From assembly GCA_942492995.1 (NCBI GenBank), contig OW818653.1, forward strand, positions 780,001 to 812,000: a DNA stretch of 32,000 nucleotides, written 5' to 3'. This document shows positions 9,947 through 18,655 of the stretch, in pieces. This DNA is from an uncultured Erysipelotrichaceae bacterium (GTDB lineage: Bacteria > Bacillota_I > Bacilli_A > Erysipelotrichales > Erysipelotrichaceae). A model generated the notes under the pieces. It did not search any database, was not told the DNA's origin, and saw only the letters and a list, made by a program, of their open reading frames with translations. The position numbers and the translations under genes were made by a program. The first letter of the stretch is position 1; each line of letters begins with the position of its first letter.

Positions 9947-9964
9947 TAACTATTTATTGTTTAT
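9931..9964. repeat. exact 13-nt direct repeat ATTTATTGTTTAT x2 (offset 21 nt); candidate operator
   Basis: The copies lie at 9931-9943 and 9952-9964. The first overlaps the -35 box, and TTATTG-N5-CAATAA dyad symmetry lies between them. Confidence 0.5.
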
Positions 9965-12102
9965 ACATCTAACATGCTTAATGCGACTTTATTCCGTTCT
10001 AAATCAATTTCGATTACTTTAACACTTACGATATCTCCAACAGCGACTTTTTCATAGGGTGAACTGATTTTATCTTTGCTTAATTTAGAGATATGAACAA
10101 GTCCATCATTTTTTAAGCCAATATCAACGAATGCCCCAAAGTCAGTCACATTTCGCACTGTGCCTTCAAGCGTTATCCCTACTTTCAAATCTTCAATTTT
10201 TACAATATCACTGTGCAATAATGGTCCATCAAAACGATCACGATAATCTCTAAAAGGAACAGATAATATACCAAGTATATCTTTGACTGTATAGATATCC
10301 GAGTTTAAACGATTTGCGATGGATTGAGCATCTGCTGTACTTAATGCGATACCACGATTCTCATCAGTAAGTGATTTAATCCCTAATTCACGCATAATAC
10401 TGCGTGCTAAATCATAACTTTCTGGATGGATTGCGGTACGATCAAGTTCATCTTTTGCCTCAGGTATACGTAAGAATCCTGCCGCTTGTTGGTAGGCTTT
10501 TGCGCCTAATCCTTTAACTTTATTTAATTGTGCACGACTGTTAAATAATCCATTTTCATTTCTGAATGATACGAGTGATTTTGCGACATTCTTATTCAAT
10601 CCAGCAATATGTCTTAATAATTCTTCACTGGCAGTATTCACATCTGCCCCAACACGGTTTACTGATTTAACAACCGTAAAATCAAGTCTTTCTTGAAGAC
10701 GAGCAGGTGCTAAATCATGTTGGTATTGCCCTACCCCAATACTCTTAGGATCAATTTTTATGAGTTCTGATAGTGGATCAAGTAAACGACGTGCGATAGA
10801 AACAGCTGAGCGTTCTTCGACATGTAAGTCTGGGAATTCTTCACGTGCTAAATCTCCTGCACTGTAAACGGATGCCCCAGCTTCGGATACGATGGCGTAA
10901 CGTGTGTTGAGCAATGGGTTATCACGTAGTATTTCTGCCACAAACGCTTCCGATTCACGACTGGCAGTCCCATTACCAATAGCGATAACATTAACATTAT
11001 ATTTTTTGATTATTTCGATTAGTTTTGCGGTTGCGTCACCTTTTTTATTCACAGGAGGATGTGGGAATATAACACTGATATGTAATAGCTTGCCTGTACT
11101 ATCAATGACAGCAAGTTTACAGCCAGTACGATACGCTGGATCAAAACCTAATATATTTGAACCTTTCAAAGGTGCTTGTGATAACAAACGTTCAAGATTG
11201 GACGAGAATACATCGATTGATTTTTCTTGTGCCATATCGGTTAAATTTGAGCGTATTTCACGTTCAATGGATGGATAAACTAAACGTTTTAATCCATCGC
11301 GAATCGCTTCATCGATTAACAGAGATGTGATTGTCTCTTTCCCATTGGTTAGTATTTGGAATTCATATTTTGCGAATCTCTCACGATTATAATCCATCGA
11401 TACATCCAGTATTTTCTCACGTTCACCACGATTAATAGCCATAATTCGATGTGGAGCTAATGTGACACAACGTTCATTGTAGTTGTAGTACACTCGATAC
11501 GTCTTTTCTTCATCCACCGCATCTTTCTTAAGTTTGACGATTAATCTTGCCTCTGTTGACACATATTCACGGATACGTTTACGTAAATCTGCTTCATCAC
11601 TTACCATTTCCGCAATAATATCTTTTGCGCCTTGGATCGCATCAACAGTATTTTCTACTTTATCATTTACGTATTTCTGAGCTTCTATTTCGATATTCCC
11701 AACTTTAGGACAAGTTAAAATCCATTCCGCAAATGGTTTTAATCCTTTCGCAATCGCATCTGTAGCACGTGTCTTACGTTTCTGTTGGTAAGGACGATAA
11801 ATATCATCCACAAGTGATAATGTCTCACATTTATCAATCTGTTCAATTAACTCTGGTGTTAATTTACCTTGTGTTTCGATTAATCGTTTAACATCTTCTT
11901 TACGTTTTGCTAGATTTTTTTGGTACTGATATTGTTCATCAATATAACGAATTTGTTCTTCATCTAAATCTTTAGTAACTTCTTTACGATAACGTGCAAT
12001 AAACGGAATCGTATTTCCATCTGCTAATAATTCTAATGTGTTTCTTACTTGTGAGACTGAAATATTTAGCGTTTTCGCTATTGGTACGATTAATTTTTCC
12101 AT
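9961..12102 (-). CDS. tex: Tex-like transcription accessory protein (S1 RNA-binding domain protein)
   Basis: 713-aa ORF. It has a Tex N-terminal HTH (IPFIARYRKE), a YqgF/RuvX-like region (ILGFDPAYRTGCKLAVID), HhH motifs and a C-terminal S1 domain (GTVRNVTDFGAFVDIGLKNDGLVHISKLS). Confidence 0.92.
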   Translation of the reverse strand: MEKLIVPIAKTLNISVSQVRNTLELLADGNTIPFIARYRKEVTKDLDEEQIRYIDEQYQYQKNLAKRKEDVKRLIETQGKLTPELIEQIDKCETLSLVDDIYRPYQQKRKTRATDAIAKGLKPFAEWILTCPKVGNIEIEAQKYVNDKVENTVDAIQGAKDIIAEMVSDEADLRKRIREYVSTEARLIVKLKKDAVDEEKTYRVYYNYNERCVTLAPHRIMAINRGEREKILDVSMDYNRERFAKYEFQILTNGKETITSLLIDEAIRDGLKRLVYPSIEREIRSNLTDMAQEKSIDVFSSNLERLLSQAPLKGSNILGFDPAYRTGCKLAVIDSTGKLLHISVIFPHPPVNKKGDATAKLIEIIKKYNVNVIAIGNGTASRESEAFVAEILRDNPLLNTRYAIVSEAGASVYSAGDLAREEFPDLHVEERSAVSIARRLLDPLSELIKIDPKSIGVGQYQHDLAPARLQERLDFTVVKSVNRVGADVNTASEELLRHIAGLNKNVAKSLVSFRNENGLFNSRAQLNKVKGLGAKAYQQAAGFLRIPEAKDELDRTAIHPESYDLARSIMRELGIKSLTDENRGIALSTADAQSIANRLNSDIYTVKDILGILSVPFRDYRDRFDGPLLHSDIVKIEDLKVGITLEGTVRNVTDFGAFVDIGLKNDGLVHISKLSKDKISSPYEKVAVGDIVSVKVIEIDLERNKVALSMLDV

Positions 12103-12126
12103 TATTTTACCTCTTTTAGATTATAA

Positions 12127-12152
12127 AAGGCAAAGTCCTTGGACTCTGCCCT
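12127..12152 (-). terminator. terminator-like hairpin in the tex 5' leader
   Basis: The minus strand reads GGCAGAGTCC-AA-GGACTTTGCC followed by TTTTATAA, about 25 nt upstream of the tex ATG. The single non-Watson-Crick position is G.U on the minus-strand RNA but A.C on the plus strand, which favours minus-strand function. Confidence 0.45.
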
Positions 12153-12349
12153 TGTCCTTAAAAATCGTAACCGATTTTACTTTATTATTCAAGTTACTGT
12201 CTTATCTGTTTGTTCAATTAAACTCTTTAATCATTACATTTCGTATGAATAAATCAATTATTTATCTTATTTCTTATCTTTTTTAACTATTTAAGCTAGC
12301 TTAAATGATAATAATCAGGAGTATAATGAAATTGATAGGAGGCCTCAAA

Positions 12350-12790
12350 ATGAAAAATGACTGGACCAAAAAGTTATTGAGTATCATTGGGATTACCATC
12401 GGAGCATTTATTGGATTTAATTTATCTTTTATGTTAGCTGCTGTTATAACATTAACCGTAGCGAAACTTACTGGACCTTTGGGTTATACAATAGGTCGAC
12501 TTATTTTCTTGGTTGTTATTTATCTTATTTTCGCACTAACTAAACAATTAAAAATTCCTGTATGGATTAAGGCAGCTGTCTTCACAATGCCAATGATTAG
12601 TAGCTTAATTTTAATTGGTGTTTATGGATATGGATTAGCTCAATGGATGGTACTTGGTGGTGGGGCATTATTTGTATTAGCTGTTCTATACTATCTATGG
12701 CGAAATAAGTGGGATTGGACCTATTACTATGCACTTGGATTTGTGAGTGTTGTTGCGGCGTATGTCATTATTGCAGGGATTGATATTTAA
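12350..12790 (+). CDS. hypothetical small integral membrane protein (about 4 TM)
   Basis: Track ORF 12305..12790. The preferred start is ATG 12350 (MKNDWTKKLL), 7 nt after AGGAGG. I recognise no family. Confidence 0.6.
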   Translation: MKNDWTKKLLSIIGITIGAFIGFNLSFMLAAVITLTVAKLTGPLGYTIGRLIFLVVIYLIFALTKQLKIPVWIKAAVFTMPMISSLILIGVYGYGLAQWMVLGGGALFVLAVLYYLWRNKWDWTYYYALGFVSVVAAYVIIAGIDI

Positions 12791-12800
12791 ACGAAAGAAA

Positions 12801-12821
12801 AGTGTGACGAATTATCACACT
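12801..12821. terminator. bidirectional terminator hairpin between convergent genes
   Basis: AGTGTGA-cgaatta-TCACACT. T-rich sequence follows on both strands (TTATTTAT on plus, TTTTCTTTCG on minus). Confidence 0.5.
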
Positions 12822-13367
12822 TTATTTATCCCAAAATAAGGGTAGTTTTTCTAAATAGATAATATCTTCGCGATCTGCCGCATCACCTTCTGCTAGGATG
12901 GCAGCTTTTGCGACAATAATTCCACCTGCTTGTTCAACAAGTCGTTCCAGTGCGCTTAAGGATGCACCTGTACTTATTACATCATCAATTAAGCCAATAC
13001 GTTTCCCTTTTATGCGTTGAGCATCTATTTCATCAAGCGCTAATATTTGGGGTACTTGTGTAGTGATGGATAATACTTCATCCACAACTGCACTTCCCAT
13101 ATATGGTTTAATACTCTTTCGTGCTATTACGTATCGATCTATATTAAGTATTCTAGATAGTTCATGAACTAGCGGAATTCCTTTTGCCTCTGCACCTACC
13201 AATAGATCAAGTTCTGGCAATTTATCTGCTAATAATGGGGCGGATTTTACGACAAGTTCGGTATCCCCAAGTAAGACAAAACTTGCGATAGATAACGTAT
13301 CATTTAAGCGAAGTATTGGTAGAATACGTTCTATTCCAGCCACGTGTAAAGTATAGTAGTTTTTCAT
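12822..13367 (-). CDS. type-I phosphoribosyltransferase-fold protein (adenine/purine PRT-like)
   Basis: 181-aa ORF with the PRPP-binding loop RIGLIDDVISTGASL. Substrate specificity cannot be read from the sequence. Confidence 0.7.
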   Translation of the reverse strand: MKNYYTLHVAGIERILPILRLNDTLSIASFVLLGDTELVVKSAPLLADKLPELDLLVGAEAKGIPLVHELSRILNIDRYVIARKSIKPYMGSAVVDEVLSITTQVPQILALDEIDAQRIKGKRIGLIDDVISTGASLSALERLVEQAGGIIVAKAAILAEGDAADREDIIYLEKLPLFWDK

Positions 13368-13547
13368 TCGTTAAATTCCTTTTCATTATTTTATCAAATA
13401 TCCAGATTACTATTAATCATAGTTATAACTTAGATTTAACTTTAAGATAATGTATTAATTGGAAATATAACATGAAAACATGATTTATTACAGGAAGTTC
13501 GAGCAAAATTTGAAGATATCTGAAAATTACCCTTGTATTTACTTTTA

Positions 13548-14483
13548 TTATTTTAAGACAAACATAAATAGTGGAATTATTAGTAACGTAAAAATAGTTG
13601 TAAGTGTTGTGACAATCGTCGCATACTCATAATCCGCTCCAGATTCCGCAGCTAATACAGTTGTGACAGTCATAGCTGGCATTGCGGATTGAATAAGAAA
13701 TACATTACGCATTAGTTCGGGTAATGTGATGATACTTGTTAAGAAATACACTAAAAGTGGAGAAATCAGAAATCGACTAATCAATATAAACGTCATTGAT
13801 TTATCCCAAACGACTTTCTTAAAATCAATCATATAAATGGTTATACCAATGTATAACATTGATAATGGTGTTAGTATATTCCCCATATATTTGCTTGTAT
13901 CCATCACAAACTTTGGAAGTGGTATTTCTAGAAATATAATAAGGATCGCAATTAGAAACGAGATTAATGGCACATTGAATATTTTCTTAAGATTATTCTT
14001 TGATATTAATTTCCCTTTTAAACCACCATCGCGACTAATTCCCCAAGCACCAATCGTCCAAAAGAAACTAACATTCACAATAAAATAGATAAACACATAA
14101 GGAATACTATCTGTACCATATAACGCTAAATTGATTGGAAGACCAACAAATAATGTGTTAGAAATTGAAACTGTTGATGAGAATATACCCCTACGATTTT
14201 CGGGAACTTTTAGTAGTTTCGCTAGTATGTAACCAAATATATACATAATTAACATCGAAGTGAATGGAATAATAAATCCACCTGATACTTCGATTAATTT
14301 TGATTTACTAAAGTTAGTAACTAAGTTAGAAATCATAAATCCAGGAACTGATATATTCACAACTATTTTAGAAAATAATGATGCGGTATCATGATTGAAC
14401 CATTTCTTATAGCTGAAGAATATACCGATTAATATCATTGCGATAATTGAAAATATACTTTGTAGAGAATCGAATATATTCAT
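13548..14483 (-). CDS. AEC (auxin efflux carrier) family transporter
   Basis: 311-aa protein with about 10 TM segments. The N-terminal SIIAMILIGIFFSYKKWFNHDTASLFSKIVVNISVPGFMISNL block is typical of the AEC / malate-permease-like family. Confidence 0.8.
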   Translation of the reverse strand: MNIFDSLQSIFSIIAMILIGIFFSYKKWFNHDTASLFSKIVVNISVPGFMISNLVTNFSKSKLIEVSGGFIIPFTSMLIMYIFGYILAKLLKVPENRRGIFSSTVSISNTLFVGLPINLALYGTDSIPYVFIYFIVNVSFFWTIGAWGISRDGGLKGKLISKNNLKKIFNVPLISFLIAILIIFLEIPLPKFVMDTSKYMGNILTPLSMLYIGITIYMIDFKKVVWDKSMTFILISRFLISPLLVYFLTSIITLPELMRNVFLIQSAMPAMTVTTVLAAESGADYEYATIVTTLTTIFTLLIIPLFMFVLK

Positions 14484-14489
14484 AAATAC

Positions 14490-15041
14490 TTACTTTCCAC
14501 CTGATAGTTGATAGTAATGATTTTCTCTAATTGTTTCTGTATTTACACCCAAAGATTCCGCAATCATAAAGGCAAATGGATATGGTGTTGCAGGTCCTTG
14601 ACTCGTAATAACGTTTTGATCCTCTACTGAAACTTCATGTTTAAATATTCCACCGATAAGCTTTTCTTCATATCCTGTATAGCCAGTTACTTTTTTACCT
14701 GTGATTACTTTCGAATCTGATAAAACGATTGTACCAGCACACATAGCCGTAACTTTTTTATTCTTCAGATCAAAATATTGAACCATTTCGATAACTTTAG
14801 GATTATCTCTAAGATTTTGACCTCCAGGTCTACCACCTGGTAAGACGATACAATCGTAATCTTTTACTACATCACTAAATGGTTTATCCCCTTTAATAGT
14901 TATATTTTGCATACCCTTTACTACCTCGTCGTTAAAGAAAAATGTATGACATGTTAATCCACATTCACGAAGAACTTCTACAATGATAAATGTCTCACTT
15001 TCTTCAAAACCTTCTGCCATTAGTACCGCGATTTTTTTCAT
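14490..15041 (-). CDS. DJ-1/PfpI family protein with the nucleophile-elbow Cys retained
   Basis: 183-aa ORF with MKKIAVLMAEGFEESE, VLPGGRPG and the nucleophile elbow KKVTAMCAGTIVL. Confidence 0.85.
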   Translation of the reverse strand: MKKIAVLMAEGFEESETFIIVEVLRECGLTCHTFFFNDEVVKGMQNITIKGDKPFSDVVKDYDCIVLPGGRPGGQNLRDNPKVIEMVQYFDLKNKKVTAMCAGTIVLSDSKVITGKKVTGYTGYEEKLIGGIFKHEVSVEDQNVITSQGPATPYPFAFMIAESLGVNTETIRENHYYQLSGGK

Positions 15042-15530
15042 TTAATTCACCTTCTTTACATCAAACGCATTATAGTAGACCATTCTTTGTTTAATCGGTT
15101 CACTATCAACTCTTAATAATTCTAAACAATGATAGATAAAAGCATAAGTTGTTGAGAAGCCTTTATTAAGCAAGATATTTTCTCGTACTGAAAATAACTC
15201 ATTCTCTAAAAGTGGTTTTGTATTAACGAGAGAAATTGAATCTCCCATTAAACCTACCCATTTTTTATGTTGGATTAAGTCATTTATCATTGATGAAATG
15301 GATGTTTTATGATTAAATCCACTTGGAATAATAAGCATGTCATATTCAAAAAAATCAGTATTCTCAAATCTTAGATTGGATAGTACTGTTATCTCATGTT
15401 TACCGTGTACTTCAATATCATCTAATGATATTATTCTACAATCAATTTCAGCTCTTCGCATGATATCAACTGTGAGTAATAATTCACTTTCTTCAAATCC
15501 ATTATCGATTAAAACAGCAACTTTTTTCAT
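15042..15530 (-). CDS. divergent DJ-1/PfpI-like protein lacking the conserved Cys
   Basis: 162-aa ORF opening MKKVAVLIDNGFEESE. The segment aligned to the nucleophile elbow reads KKWVGLMGDSISL, with Met in place of Cys. Its stop codon abuts the start codon of the downstream DJ-1 gene with a 0-nt gap. Confidence 0.7.
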   Translation of the reverse strand: MKKVAVLIDNGFEESELLLTVDIMRRAEIDCRIISLDDIEVHGKHEITVLSNLRFENTDFFEYDMLIIPSGFNHKTSISSMINDLIQHKKWVGLMGDSISLVNTKPLLENELFSVRENILLNKGFSTTYAFIYHCLELLRVDSEPIKQRMVYYNAFDVKKVN

Positions 15531-15602
15531 ATTCGTTTCCTCCTATGAATGTAAGTATACTGAGTATATTATTTCTATTATTGTATTTCCAAAATCTGGA
15601 AA

Positions 15603-16370
15603 TTATTCTTTATTAAAATGATTATATTCTTGGGCAATTAAACTACTCACAAAAATAAGTTGATATGGATGTGAGATTTGATCCAATTTAGAATTAAAAC
15701 AGATGTTTTTATAGATATATGGATTTTCTTCACAGACGTTTCCTGAGATTAGATATATTTTAGGAATATTATTCAGATTCTTTGTGAAACGTAATCCTTG
15801 ATCAAAATATGCACCAGTATAGCTAAAAATTATGACTAAATCATTTTGGTTCGCATGTGATATGAATTCAAGTTGATCATTATAGGTTAACTTAACATTG
15901 ACTAACTTGCCTAACATCAATAAGTCTACTTGTAGATTAATCGCAGCACTTGACGCTTTTAACAAACCAAGTATCGTGACTTGTTTATATTGATGTATAT
16001 CTTTTACGAGTTCAAAAAGTACTCTAGTATCAAGTGTTTGTGCAACTTCATTAATGGATTCTTGAACCTTTGAAGCGTGTTCAAATGTTCTAATTTCATT
16101 ATCATTAGAATTTGATGCGACTTCAAACTTAAAGGTTTGATCATTTAAACTTTCTTTTAATTCGGAAAAATCATTTAAGCCAATATTACGACAAAAACGA
16201 GATATAGAACTATTGGATACATTACATTTCATCGCAAGTTCTGATATTGAGTCATTTTGAATATCATCTAAATGATTTAGAATATAGTACGCTATTTGAC
16301 TATCAGTTGTGTCATTTGGCTGACTCGCGATTTGTGTTAATAAAATAATCGATAGTTTATTGTATATCAT
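15603..16370 (-). CDS. MurR/RpiR-family transcriptional regulator (HTH + SIS domain)
   Basis: 255-aa ORF. The N-terminal HTH is SISELAMKCNVSNSSISRFCRNIGLNDFSELK. The C-terminal region is SIS-like (VTILGLLKASSAAINLQVDL...VIIFSYTGAY). Confidence 0.85.
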   Translation of the reverse strand: MIYNKLSIILLTQIASQPNDTTDSQIAYYILNHLDDIQNDSISELAMKCNVSNSSISRFCRNIGLNDFSELKESLNDQTFKFEVASNSNDNEIRTFEHASKVQESINEVAQTLDTRVLFELVKDIHQYKQVTILGLLKASSAAINLQVDLLMLGKLVNVKLTYNDQLEFISHANQNDLVIIFSYTGAYFDQGLRFTKNLNNIPKIYLISGNVCEENPYIYKNICFNSKLDQISHPYQLIFVSSLIAQEYNHFNKE

Positions 16371-16400
16371 CGTATACTCCTTAAATTTATTGAATATGAT

Positions 16401-17246
16401 TTATTTCAAATTTTTATTTAGAATCTTCCATCTCCAAATTAACATCCAGACGATTAACAACACATGTAATGTGTCATTTTCATTAAACCAGATATTGAAA
16501 TTAGAATACAAGAATGGACCTTGGTTAGAAAATAAGGCAATGAAATATGCAACATTTACACCTAAGAATAGTAGCCAAATAGTCCATAATCGTTTGTGCA
16601 AAGTATTGCTTAAATTCTTATAATTGATCCACATCATGATAATGATATTAGGACTCAGAAATAACAACATTCCTTCATATGAAATCATAAATTGGTTTGG
16701 TAGTACTATTCCAATACCTTGAAATAATGAGTATAATACAACACTTATTATTGCGTAATTCTGTAGATTATCCTGAACTTTTTTATTATTTATTAAATAA
16801 GAGTAAGCGACTAATAACGCATTAATACTAATTACAGTAAATGTCATATAGAGTAATTCTACCCAATTTGTGAAGGTACAATACTCCAAATTCGTACATT
16901 TCAAATAATATCCAAAAGCTTGGTAACTTAATCCGGCCAGAAAAGCACCAATTCCCCAAAATATAAAGTTAATCCCTAACCATACACTAAATTTATTCTT
17001 CTTATTTTTTAAATAATATAAACCCAAACCTACGGTGATGATTGCTAAAAGAAGGATAATGAACGTTGAAGTTGGTTGTTGGATGATTAGATTATTAAGT
17101 TTGATATAAGGATATTGAGAAAGAAACATATCACCTTTAATTAGAGGTAGTATAAGTAAACGATCAATTTGACTGAATTGAAATAAAATAATAAAGCTTA
17201 TGATAGAGAAAACTAATACCATTTTACTTTTCATTTTAAATGACAT
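16401..17246 (-). CDS. hypothetical polytopic membrane protein (about 8 TM)
   Basis: 281-aa hydrophobic ORF ending 30 nt upstream of the RpiR start, with no hairpin in between. I cannot name a family. Confidence 0.6.
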   Translation of the reverse strand: MSFKMKSKMVLVFSIISFIILFQFSQIDRLLILPLIKGDMFLSQYPYIKLNNLIIQQPTSTFIILLLAIITVGLGLYYLKNKKNKFSVWLGINFIFWGIGAFLAGLSYQAFGYYLKCTNLEYCTFTNWVELLYMTFTVISINALLVAYSYLINNKKVQDNLQNYAIISVVLYSLFQGIGIVLPNQFMISYEGMLLFLSPNIIIMMWINYKNLSNTLHKRLWTIWLLFLGVNVAYFIALFSNQGPFLYSNFNIWFNENDTLHVLLIVWMLIWRWKILNKNLK

Positions 17247-17336
17247 AGTTTCATCCTTTCGAAGATATTAACCTTATTTCAATTATAATGTTATCTTAAC
17301 TTATGTATATCAAATAATGAGCTATCATCAAATTAA

Positions 17337-17359
17337 AAGGTACAGAAAATCTGTACCTT
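17337..17359 (-). terminator. intrinsic terminator ending the Fe-S/HypA/membrane operon
   Basis: AAGGTACAG-aaaat-CTGTACCTT. On the minus strand it is followed by TTTTAATTT. It lies 10 nt after the stop of the 17370..18293 gene. Confidence 0.75.
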
Positions 17360-17369
17360 AGTAATTTTT

Positions 17370-18293
17370 TTATAAATTATTTGATTTAAGAATATCTAAA
17401 TAAGATTTTAAATCGACATACAACTCTTCTTTTAATGGATTACGTTTTGTCTTAATCATAAGATAAATCTGATACGCAAAGACTAAACCATTTGAAAGAA
17501 TAGATAGTATGCTTAATATTAACATCGGAGTTGTATTCAAGGTAGAGGTTATCGAGAAGAACGCTGTTGTGGAATAAGTAGGAAATGTCACAGAGAACAT
17601 GGCGAATAATGCCAAGATTTGAGCTCTGTGTTGAAGCCATACACCTTTAGAAGTGAATAATCCTGCAATTAGAGATAAAGACAGAATGATTACACCGGCA
17701 TAGAATGCTCTATTAGGAATGCAATTATAGACATAAGATATATTCCAGATACAATACGCCACAACATAGAACCACTGCATATCTGGCCAAACCATATCTT
17801 TAAATTTATTATTAGATACTCTGATTCCAACCCATCCTGTAATGGTTAAAATTGATAGAATCCCAGCAATACCATTAAAAATATTCCAAATTCCTCCCTG
17901 TATATACAAACCATTGACAAGCTCATTGGATAAAGAGGAACATTGGAAATCTCTAAGAACAGCCTCGAAAATATTTACAGCAAGGATTAATGCGGGAAAC
18001 ACTAACATGAATCGATTCTTCTGTAATTTCGGGATAAAACGTAATGCCATAAATCCGATAACACCCGCTAGTGCGGAATAGGTTTTTATCCATGCGAACC
18101 AGTTACCAGACACGGTACTAGATTCACCTGTCTTTGGCCAAACAAATAAAGTGAGGATGATTGGTAAAAGAATATAGATAATAATCGATAATATTCTAGA
18201 TCTTCTTGTTGCTTCATTTAATATAAATAAACCAATTGCAAGTATGAGTGCAGATAGTAGGTTAATGATGGTGTAATTTTCAAAAAAGAACAT
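17370..18293 (-). CDS. uncharacterised polytopic membrane protein, paralogue of 21355..22182
   Basis: 307-aa hydrophobic ORF. It shares motif blocks with the 275-aa protein: WFAWIKTYS/WFRWAKTIS, LILAVNIFEAVLRDF/LILNIAEASLKDF, NIFNGIAGILSILTI/NMFNAISGVILCITI and CIWNISYVY/VTWNAAFVY. Confidence 0.7.
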   Translation of the reverse strand: MFFFENYTIINLLSALILAIGLFILNEATRRSRILSIIIYILLPIILTLFVWPKTGESSTVSGNWFAWIKTYSALAGVIGFMALRFIPKLQKNRFMLVFPALILAVNIFEAVLRDFQCSSLSNELVNGLYIQGGIWNIFNGIAGILSILTITGWVGIRVSNNKFKDMVWPDMQWFYVVAYCIWNISYVYNCIPNRAFYAGVIILSLSLIAGLFTSKGVWLQHRAQILALFAMFSVTFPTYSTTAFFSITSTLNTTPMLILSILSILSNGLVFAYQIYLMIKTKRNPLKEELYVDLKSYLDILKSNNL

Positions 18294-18308
18294 ATTAATC
18301 TCCTTTGT

Positions 18309-18653
18309 TTATTGCCTTACAATAATCTCTTTAATGAGAAATTCTCTTCCTCGTATGATCGTAAAATTGGATTTTGAGCATCGAGGACAATGATTATTAT
18401 TTTCGACTAAATTATAGATAAATTCACATTCATTACATTTCCCTATACCAGGATTGATCTCTATCTCGAGATTCGTATTCCTTAATCGAGAATTTTCGAC
18501 TGCGATAGGATAAACGTCTTTAATGTACTTAGGATATACACTGGATAAAGCTCCAATCTCTAGCACAACTGTTTCTATCTGATCAATGTCATTTGATGTC
18601 ATGTAATTTTCAAGTTGTTTAACGATTTGAATAACAATTCCTAACTCATGCAT
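18309..18653 (-). CDS. hypA: HypA-type nickel metallochaperone-like protein
   Basis: 114 aa, beginning with MHE (the HypA N-terminal Ni-binding motif). It has the Zn site C73-x2-C76...C89-x2-C92 (GKCNECEF...HCPRCS). The start lies 2 nt after the upstream stop codon. Confidence 0.75.
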   Translation of the reverse strand: MHELGIVIQIVKQLENYMTSNDIDQIETVVLEIGALSSVYPKYIKDVYPIAVENSRLRNTNLEIEINPGIGKCNECEFIYNLVENNNHCPRCSKSNFTIIRGREFLIKEIIVRQ

Positions 18654-18655
18654 TG

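Noticed and set aside
10904-12286. Plus-strand ORFs 10904..11278 and 12038..12286
   Set aside because: The first is antisense inside tex. The second overlaps the tex start and runs through the leader hairpin, with no RBS.
13368-13547. Possible purine riboswitch upstream of the phosphoribosyltransferase-like gene
   Set aside because: I looked on the minus strand for the conserved purine-riboswitch core (UAUA...three-way junction...CUAC/GACUA) and found no matching helices. Only a tiny CATG-aaaa-CATG hairpin is present.
13837-16623. Plus-strand ORFs 13837..14088, 15337..15621 and 16360..16623
   Set aside because: They are antisense to the AEC transporter, the DJ-1-like gene and the RpiR/membrane genes respectively. 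No RBS is present and the sequences are low-complexity.
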